Source: Catajapyx aquilonaris (lineage: Eukaryota). From it: 56,095 nucleotides of DNA. The DNA is taken from NCBI GenBank assembly GCA_000934665.2, contig KZ538658.1, positions 1 through 56,095 of the forward strand. The letters are read 5' to 3'. The first letter of the stretch is position 1. Each line of letters opens with the position of its first letter. Made by a program: the position numbers and the translations under genes. This document shows positions 47,807-56,095 of this stretch, piece after piece. The notes beneath the pieces were generated by a model. It saw only the letters and a list, made by a program, of their open reading frames with translations. It made no database searches and was not told the DNA's origin.

Positions 47807-49753
47807 ATTATTATTATTATGTGTGCCTATCTGTCGATCTGCATGTGCCCTGTATTTGTGGCAAAAAAATTAAGTGTAAAGACTTTCCGAACGCCCATCG
47901 TAATAAACTGTCTCTGATTCAGAAGTTTATTTTAATTCTTCTAATCGAACTCCACTCTCACTCCTACAGATATTCTCACTCCTGACTCTTCTATTCTTCA
48001 CTCTCCTTACTCTCTCCCCACACCTGGTCAACCACTCCAATTCCCAAAACCATAACAACTCTCAATAAGCAACAATGGCAATGCTGCCAACACTTGCACA
48101 TACCATGCTTAATGTACACTTGCACACCTGAATGAGTACCCCTATTTCATAAGGATAGATGTTACTAACACATAATATATGTTACCACCAAAGCAGTTTG
48201 GAGGAGGGGATATGGTGTCCGACTGCTAATCGGGAGGTCCTGGGATCAAATCCCGGGGCCGGCAACTCTGACCGTAGTTTTCTGTGGTTTCCCACGATTC
48301 TTCCAGGAAAATTCCGGATTGTTTCCGTAATTAATAGGCCACAGCCGCTTCCTTCTGTCCCTATCCTATCCCAAAGAGCACAGTAAAACAAAAAATAGGC
48401 AGTAAAACTGCAGAAAACTATTCTTCCTCTGGGTGAGATTAAAAGTAAGAAACAAGTCCATAGGTGGGGGTTGGTTCGTGTCATGGGGATGTGTGATAAT
48501 CATATTTACTTCAAAACATTCGTGCTTTGGGGCTGGGAAGAATTAGGCAGATATCGCTTTTATGTACTCCTCCGACTCTCATCCTCTGCCTAATTCTTCC
48601 CAGACCCAAAGGACGAATGTTTTGAAGTAAATATGATTATCACACATCCCCATGACACGAACCAAGCCCCACCTATGGACTTGTTTCTTACTTTTAATCT
48701 CACCCAGAGGAAGAATAGTTTTCTGCAGTTTTACTGCCTATTTTTATTTAATTCTTTTCATCATCAGAATAAAGTGAAAGGGTGGTTTAACCTAACCTAA
48801 CCTAACCTAACCTAACCTAACCTAACCAACCAACCAACCCCCCTCCCAAGTATATCCGGTCTCGGAACAGAAAGGGAGCGAGAGCCACAAAACTGACACT
48901 TTCGAAATCGCCTTGTAGCTCAAAAAGTAAAGGTTTTTCTCAAAAAAAGGTAGGCAGGAGGGCACCCCCTGGGAACATTGCGGTTCGAATAACAGATTGC
49001 ATGACCCTCTACGACGCACCGTTTAGGCTGTACCCTGGTGCGACTAACGACACTTTTTTGAACTTTGACCCTGGCTAATGACCCCGGTAATGGCCCTAGT
49101 TGTTGTTTATCTATCTAAAGTTTGAAACTGGAGGGAGCGGAGTGTAAATCTTGTTTCCGATTTGAAATCGATTAACCCGATCGCGAGTTATGAAGTCAGG
49201 AAAATAGCATTGGGATCGACCCGATTCCCTACTATTCATTTTAAGCGGGGTTGCGCCGCAAAGCGGCGCAACCGGCAGGTGGAGTTGCCGGGCCCCTGCC
49301 AGTCGCCCAGCTTTGCTGGGCAACTGGCAGGGAGGAAGAATAGAAAAAGCAACGAGTTCCAGGCAAAACAAACTTCCCCCCTAAAGAGCCGATGGCTGAT
49401 AGCGGGGTATGAATTATTTATAATGTATGTTACCCACCTTTATGAAGAGCTCATTGCAGATGGAACATTGGAACTCTTCATCAACGGTTTTTTCCATGTT
49501 ATCAGCGAAGCTTTTCGCTGATGTGGATATTCTCGAATTTCGTTTTACCAGTTCTTCATTAGCCTTTGTCAATGTGGCTATTTTATTGTTCAGAAATTCA
49601 ATGTGTGCAATTATTACTCTTTTTTTGCTTTCATTGCGAATCTCATCATTCTCCGCTTTCTTCACTGGAGGTAAGTCTGTAGGACTTCCCTTCCTCTTCT
49701 CCTGCCGTCCAGCTGTCATGCTGGATTCCTTATCAGGATATCCCATGGCTCTC
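44789..49753 (-). CDS. RNF8-like coiled-coil + RING gene without DUSP-UBL or FHA (core exons 49753-49438, 44993-44789; possible upstream exon 50685-50611 and terminal micro-exon 43423-43404)
   Basis: MGYPDKESS...KSFADNMEKTVDEEFQCSICNELFIK|ATLLHCSHTFCLKCIGDWRKKQADCPICR...LSNEQKTRRKQLVHERQ. Same phase-0 RING intron as paralogs 1-3. 5' end unresolved. Confidence 0.78.
45605..46348. mobile_element. pogo/Tigger-like MITE
   Basis: ta|cagttgaatccctctataacgaa ... gttatagaggaattcgactg|ta, with repeated ttcgttata subterminal motifs. Confidence 0.75.
46905..47241 (+). mobile_element. tRNA-derived SINE (family B)
   Basis: gtggtgctgcgg...gggttcgatccc head, body shared with 24518-24790, (att)n tail. Confidence 0.7.
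47330..47719 (-). mobile_element. SINE family A (long variant); adjacent (ATT)n at 47749-47819
   Basis: Body ccgtgggaaaccacagaaaacc shared with the other copies. Confidence 0.7.
48391..48745. repeat. Foldback with ~160 bp arms and ~30 bp loop
   Basis: aaaaataggcagtaaaactgcagaaaactattc ... gaatagttttctgcagttttactgcctattttt. Confidence 0.9.
48788..48827. repeat. Interstitial (TAACC)8 = (TTAGG)n insect-telomere-type tract
   Basis: Eight tandem TAACC units. Confidence 0.9.
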
Positions 49754-49842
49754 CTGCAGCAGAAAAACAAAATAGGAAAGTAATTCAGCGTTTCTAATTT
49801 GCATGTTCAGACTTGATCTCATCCCTAAATTTCAAAGTTGGT

Positions 49843-50592
49843 AGGGGAGACTGGGGCACAGTGGACCACTTTTGCACATTTGAATTATTATATACCTACT
49901 TGTGATACCTACACACCCAATATTTTCAGGCATGGTGGAGGTACTCCTTGGTAATATAAGTCACTACTATATTCACAGGCAGTGCCATCCTTTTGGCTTT
50001 AAAAAAAATTAGAAGCGACCCCCTGCAAATGGTCCACTGTACCCCGATAGGTGGGGCACAGTGGTCCGGAAGTGATTGGGACCCCTAATTCACACAAGAA
50101 GTTTATTATCATTGCCTAACTTTTTTTTTTTACAGCTGTTCATTTCGGGACACAGTGTGCATTTCGGGACACAGTGTGCATTTCGGGGCACAGTGGTACA
50201 TGGACCACTGTGCCCCGCAAACGACTGGACCACTGTGCCCCGGACAGCAGCAACTGACATAATGTTATGATTGTAACTTCGATTGCAAGTTAGGCTTACC
50301 AAACATCCGGTATTCATGGACAAAGGGCGGCACTATTCCGCAAGATTTTTATATCAGGCTCATGCCCAACATCTACGCCTGAAGTGGCATTTAAACTGTG
50401 GGTTAGTAATTTACTTCACTTATCTTCAAATCGATTTCGCTGGATATCTATCGATCGATCGATCGCTAGCCATTGGCAGCCATGTTGGCAGGAGCATGGC
50501 AGTGACTTGTTTCACGACGTACCAGATGAAAAAAATTTGGCGGCTTTTTCGATTTTTAAAATGGAGAAGTCCACTGTGCCCCAGTCTCCCCT
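49843..50592. mobile_element. MITE with TIRs and internal gg(g/a)cacagtg repeats
   Basis: ggggagactggggcacagtgga ... tccactgtgccccagtctcccc. Confidence 0.8.
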
Positions 50593-50749
50593 AATTGACA
50601 AGTAACATACTTCAGTCTCCCTAGTCCACTAGGACCAAACAACACACAAGCCACCCCATCCTTGGAGACTAACATCAATACTGCCCTGGTAAGGAATTTG
50701 AAGGCCAGGTGGGATGATGTCACCGTCCGTGAATTGGTGTATGTACTAT

Positions 50750-50858
50750 CAGTCCAACAAGAATTGTCGCAGCGGCAGCGCACAAACTACAATCTACAAG
50801 CACAGGGACACGAGAGACTGTAGTTCGTGCGCTGCCGCTGCGACAATTCTTGTTGGAC
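50750..50858. repeat. Short hairpin element
   Basis: gtccaacaagaattgtcgcagcggcagcgcac ... gtgcgctgccgctgcgacaattcttgttggac. Confidence 0.85.
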
Positions 50859-51131
50859 ACCAGGTACTGTACAAGCTAAATCCCTGCACATTGGGAAAAA
50901 TTTCAAAATCCTAGCTAAAAGTGAAAAAATGGGCATAATCACATATTCCAGTCCAGAACTGCATAAAATACTTTTTGACCTACAGTAGGGGCTTTAGTTA
51001 TGATGATTGTATGGGAGGTGAAGAGCAGAAGTTTTTTTGCTTCCATAATACCACATGCCCAAATAGCACCATTAAACCCAGATATACCTGAAAAAGTTTT
51101 TGTTGAATTTTTGAACTTATATGGTTTTTAT

Positions 51132-51512
51132 TACAGGGTGACCATAAAGCCTGGAACCAATGGCATTATTATTTTCTGATTACAGGTGAGCTGTAACACT
51201 GATGAAAGATGACTGGTGTTAATTATTCTTTGTGGACAAGAGGGATGGATGCAGAAGGATGTGGTGGCTGAGTTCAAATGAAGGCTTATGGAGAGGTCAA
51301 TAAGCTATAATACATGTTGGAAAATTGCTAATTGGCTTATTGACCTCTACTGATGTCTCCTATTTAACTGAGCTGCCACTTTCCTCTGCACCCATCCCCC
51401 TCGTCCACAAAGAAGAATTAACACCACTTGGTCATCTTTTGTCAGTGCCATAGCTCACCTGTAATCAGAAAACAGTACCACCATTAATTTCATACTTTAT
51501 GGCCACCCTGTA
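51132..51512. mobile_element. Foldback MITE (Tc1/mariner-like, TA-flanked)
   Basis: tacagggtgaccataaag ... ctttatggccaccctgta, with inner arms (ctgattacaggtgagct, ttctttgtggac). Confidence 0.8.
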
Positions 51513-51642
51513 GGTCATAATAGTTCCCAAAACACAACAATATCGATATAAAACATTTGTCTGAATGCTTGTTTGTAAGCAACTAGCTGTTCCCTCTCAT
51601 TATGGGATGCTAGGAAAATTGTAACATAGTATGACTATAATA

Positions 51643-52360
51643 CAAGGTGACCCACTACCTACTTCACCTGGCATTTCTTGAATAACTTTAACACAAATGA
51701 AGATATCACAACGAAATTTGAACTGAACTACCCTTACTACGTGAGAAAGGAAATCGCATCACAACATGTGCTGGAAATGGCCACCATTTGCTTCCAGGCA
51801 GGGCTGAATGCGACACTCCAAATTTTGGAAGGTCCTGGTCAGCATATACTGAGGCACTGCTTGAATTTCTTGGATGATGTTTACTTTCAAGGTGTTGATG
51901 AATAGTGGTTTGTTTCGGTATGCACGCCACACATCACATATCAGCTTGGCTAAAATTAAGTCCTTTTTCGGCGACAGATTCATTTCGAAGGGACTTTGGC
52001 CACTGTGTATGCCCCATCTTCCGCTGCCTGATTACTTCTTGTGGGGCTATGTGAAAGGGTGTGTGGACCGAAACAAACTGTGACCCATGAACCGAAGCAG
52101 TGGTGGCGGAGGGGATATGGTATCCGACTGCTAATCGGGAGCTCCTGGGTTCGATCCCCGGGGCCGGCAACCCTAACCATGGTTTTCTGTGGTTTCCCAC
52201 GGTCCCTCCAGGTAAATGCCAGGGTTGTTTCCTAAAATAATAGGCCACAGCCGCTTCCTTCCGTCCCTATCCTATCCCCAAAAGCGAAGTAAAAATGCAA
52301 AGAGTTCCAGTCAAAACAAAACTGCCCCCTAAAGAGCCGCCGGCTGATAACGGGGTAGGA

Positions 52361-52419
<59 letters not shown>

Positions 52420-52934
52420 ATGACCCATGAAAGAAACATCATCCAAGAAATTCAAGCAGTGCCTCAGTATATGCTGGCCAGGACCTTCCAAAATTTGGAG
52501 TGTCGTATTCAGCCCTGCCTGGAAGCAAATCGCTGGTTGAGATTCATGTTGGGTTAACTCCACGTTTTCATTTTTTTCAGGATAGTCATATACATATTCA
52601 GAGCTGAATAATTCTGGTCACTTGTGGACTTGAACGAAACTGTTTCCAACTCTCAGAAGGTTTATGACGCCGTTATTACAACCTACGTTGGGTGGATATG
52701 AACGAACATAACACATCCAATGTCAATCCGCTGTTGGCTCGATTTCCTTGAAAAGTGGAGATAACCGAAGATGATTCTCAGCCCGCGAAATAGTGGCCAT
52801 TTCCAGCACATGTTGTGATACCATTTCCTTTCTCACATAATAAGGTTAGTTCAGTTTAAATTTCATTGCGATATCATCATTCATGTTAAAGTTATTTAAG
52901 AAATCCAAGGTAAAGTAAGTAGTGGGACACCCTG
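51643..52934. mobile_element. Rearranged Tc1/mariner-superfamily element whose long inverted arms carry the transposase C-terminus
   Basis: Inverted ends caaggtgacccactac / gtagtgggacaccctg. Fragments WPLCMPHLPLPDYFLWGYVKG (degenerate WPPRSPDL.P.DF.LWG) and QNLECRIQPCLEANGGHFQHML. Confidence 0.8.
52092..52415 (+). mobile_element. Full-length SINE family A with 16 bp target-site duplication
   Basis: aactgtgacccatgaa (52076-52091) and aactatgacccatgaa (52416-52431) flank a tRNA-like head, body and (att)n tail. Confidence 0.92.
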
Positions 52935-52936
52935 TA

Positions 52937-53547
52937 GTTGTTGATTACATTACCATGGCAACAGTGACATTCAGAAATATCAACGGTGTCATAATATTAT
53001 CACAAATGATCAGCTCCCTGCAGCTCCCTACCTCGCCCTACGGGGAAGGGCGGCAGCTTAGTTGCGCTCCCCCCCATGGGAGAATGTTCTATTTGGCACT
53101 GGCATCGCTCCTCAGAGCACAACACTTTGACGTCACGTTTGGGTCACGTTCGGGCGGACGCTTTCCTGAACCAACCCAAACCGGCAATTGAAATGTATTA
53201 TTATCCAAGGCTATGCTTTAAACCGATTCAAACCTTCAAATAAGGTGACCAGACTGGCAGACGCAGATGTCCCGAAACCCCCCGGTCATCGAACCAGCGG
53301 ATGGATCGAACACAATCAAATGAACCACTGATAGACGGTGCGTGGACCCATGGATCGAACAGCTGTCCGCCAGCCACTCGAACACGGACCGTTGTGTTCC
53401 TTGGTGGACGCCAGCGCCAAATCAGCCAGGCCCGTGCGGTGCCCGTGCGCAACTAAGCTCACGCAAAGGGGGAGGGAGTTGCGAGACCTTATGTATGCGG
53501 CCTTGCAAATGATTGATTGTTGTTGATTGCATTACCATGGAAACAGG
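52937..53547. promoter_or_regulatory. Two RFX X-box-like motifs in a duplicated ~28 bp unit, upstream of the RING-only gene's coding exons
   Basis: gttgttgattacATTACCATGGCAACag (52937-52964) and gttgttgattgcATTACCATGGAAACag (53519-53546); RFX consensus is GTTGCCATGGCAAC. Confidence 0.3.
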
Positions 53548-55869
53548 GTGTGCAAAGAATGGGTTGTAGTGTATGAACAATAATCAATCATGATTGCCAT
53601 GGTTGCCCTCAGACAAGAAAAATAAAAACTATTCTTCGATGTCCATATCAACATCATCTTTCATATGTTTTCTTAGTATTACAAACAATAAATAACTCAT
53701 AACACTAATCAATCAATAATAATTAATTACCGTACTCATCTTCAGAACATGAAGCTGCAGCCATTTTTTTCTGAGTTAAAATTCAAACACCTCTAGCAAT
53801 ACTGAGCAAGTTTGAACTTGCATCATTAGCTGCGTGCTTATTGAAGCAGCGGTGTTGTTTGCTTATAGCTCTATTTAGACTTTGTCGGCCTGCAGCACAT
53901 GCTGCGGAGTGTGCCAGATGCCCGCCACTCTTTGGCCACCTTGAAAGCATCAGTGACTATTCAGTATTGCCAGCTCTTTAGCAGATGAAGAACTGACACA
54001 TTAAATTAAAATACATCTGTGCAGTCGTCCTCTATGGAGGATGTTTGGCAAATCTGGGCTAAGTTCATCATGGTGTGTAGAGGTTCTTATGGGATGTGGT
54101 AAAACATGCTTCCAATTAGAGTACATTGTATAAACTTTAACTTAAACATTAGCCTACATAAAAACTGAACTTTGAATAGGAACTTGAATTAAATGCATGA
54201 AAAAAAGAGTTCATTAAAAATTTCAATATTTTGCACAAACACAGTTAAAAACCTTTCACCAGCTTATACACCACGTTTTCGGACCTGGAAATAGTGACAA
54301 TAACACCCTCATCAGGAAGAAGCCATGTTTGCCCCTAATGAAACATGACATCTGAGTTTGAGCTGTTTAGGTACAATTAAAGCTACCATGAGGGCCACCA
54401 TTTTGAAAATAATTACTAAGGTACAGTACATTTTATACGTACATTTATACGTACATTTTATGTACAGGTGAAACCATTCTTATTTTAGGTTGCCTACATG
54501 AGAACTGCATGTTAGATTTGTTATGTTGTCAGGTGGTCCTGAGATATCTCTACTTATTTACTGTTGAAGGCCACTATTTAGAACGTATTCTTCCAGATAA
54601 TTTTATGTGGAAGATAAATTTGGATTATTTGATGTCTTCTCCACAGTACACAAGTTGGGGAATCATTAGTGTTGCAAGTTGCGCTTGAGCTATCTATACC
54701 TATACTAAATATAGTATTGATGCCACCATTTTGTTGAAACAAGCTAGGCGAAAAAATAGTTCCCAAGTTGAGTTTTGGTAAGCTTTTTAAAATTCTGCCC
54801 CACTGTGCAATGACTTGCATGCTGATTGACACAATGACATCAACCCCTTTCAAATACCCTACTACACTGTACTCCTGATTATCTGGGTGTACTATATACG
54901 CCAAATTGTTTCATACCCTGGGGGTATGAAACAATTTGGCATATATAGGACATTAGATGATGCAACAAAAATGAACATTTTTCTGTCCATGAAAATTCAT
55001 CGCCATTTTCGTATTCCTTAGGTCACTCGTAACTCATAATGACCATTCATTTTGTCTTGGATTTGTTTTTGACCTTGGTGCAGTCAAAAAACCACAATCA
55101 TCAAATGACAGGGGTGAGACGCAAAGTGTTCTATCTCTACTATAGGGAATTTTTCAAAGTGACATGTGCTGCTTTTTTAACATGTCCGATGCGGTTGAAG
55201 GAAGGCCAGGCGACTCAAGCCGTATGAATGACTCCCACATTGAGTTTGGGAGGACAAGGAAGAGAGCCAGGTAAGTGGATGAGTCGCTACGACAACAAAG
55301 GCTGCAAGGTATGTGGATGCCGATAAGTACAATGATATATCAAGAAATCTCAGCACTTCTTAGGCAACAGTCTTTACCTTGCTGATTTATGATTTCTGAA
55401 CTCTCAATTCATCAAGAAATAGCGCCTGCAAAAGGCTTTACATCACGAAGATAGAAAAGCGTTGCAATGTAATGGTCGGAACTTCCTTTTCAGGGGAGAA
55501 AGCAATTATCACGTCAATACCTCCATGGCTCCCATTCTATAGCTAAACCAATCCGGTGGTAAGGTGGACAACTGTAAATGTCCCAGAGAAGCTGCAAAAG
55601 AGCAGGGTGGGTGATGCAGGGCTCACTGATATGAAAAGTTACTCGTGGTACATTATGGTAACTCTTGGAAGGAGAATATTGATTTAAAGCATTAGTATAG
55701 TCAATAAGTTCCCGTCCCGGCCGCGGGAGGCCGGCAGGTGACACGGAGACAGGTGCTGCTGTGGTTGGCTGTGAGGTACATAAGCAGTCACCAACCTGGC
55801 CAAGAGTGAACTCGGTGGGCTGCGTAATAGCTGCGGTACACAGTCGAAAAATGTCGTTCACCATATCAG

Positions 55870-56095
55870 GCACGTCCAAGGCGGACGAACGGGCGGTAAT
55901 TCAGTTCCTGTGTGCAGAGGGAGCGGGACTGAAGGAGATTCATACACGCATGAGGGCTGTGTATGGAGACACTTGCGTGGCGTACTCGACAGTGAAGGAC
56001 TGGGTACGCCATTTCCGCAGTGGTCGACAAGGCGCTTGTCCATCAACATGATTGCTGAGCAGGCATGCAAGCACCGATCACTTTGAACCAACCCC
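55870..56095 (+). mobile_element. Mariner transposase N-terminal HTH fragment, truncated by the window end
   Basis: ERAVIQFLCAEGAGLKEIHTRMRAVYGDTCVAYSTVKDWVRHFRSGR is a typical mariner/SETMAR-like HTH. Confidence 0.8.

Larger units (their letters stand above)
48183..49423 (+). mobile_element. SINE family A split by a ~1 kb insertion (head 48183-48390, tail 49367-49423)
   Basis: The head ends at ...cctatcccaaagagcacagtaaa. The tail ccccctaaagagccgatggctgatagcggggtatgaattat matches the tail of the intact 52.1 kb and 5.2 kb copies. Confidence 0.75.

Noticed and set aside
48788..48827. True telomere
   Set aside because: Only eight units, interstitial and intronic.
52092..52170. tRNA genes (also at ~5.45, 19.33, 37.05 and 48.2 kb)
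   Set aside because: The A/B-box heads continue into a shared SINE body with (att)n tail and TSD. They are SINE heads, not tRNAs.
54578..54904. 108 aa minus-strand ORF
   Set aside because: No recognisable domain or consistent exon borders.

Overview
Repeat-rich animal genomic DNA, most likely an insect (short GT/GC-AG introns, tRNA-derived SINEs, mariner/Tc1/Merlin remnants, a TTAGG tract). Most ORF-track entries are shadows or single exons. Splicing exons by hand reveals a tandem cluster of four diverged, frame-intact paralogs (one +, three -). Each joins the N-terminal DUSP-UBL module of USP4/USP11/USP15-type deubiquitinases to an RNF8-type coiled-coil + C3HC4 RING, with no USP catalytic domain and no FHA domain: a deubiquitinase targeting module rewired onto a ubiquitin ligase. 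A fifth RNF8-like RING gene lacking that module, a divergent SUMO-like gene and a transposon-enclosed MATH fragment lie nearby. Also present: GC-AG donors shared between paralogs, a missing RING intron in one copy, an orphan 3-exon gene head-to-head with a decayed Merlin transposase, and many MITEs and foldback palindromes. All gene models are manual predictions without transcript data; family assignments rest on motif recognition, not database searches.
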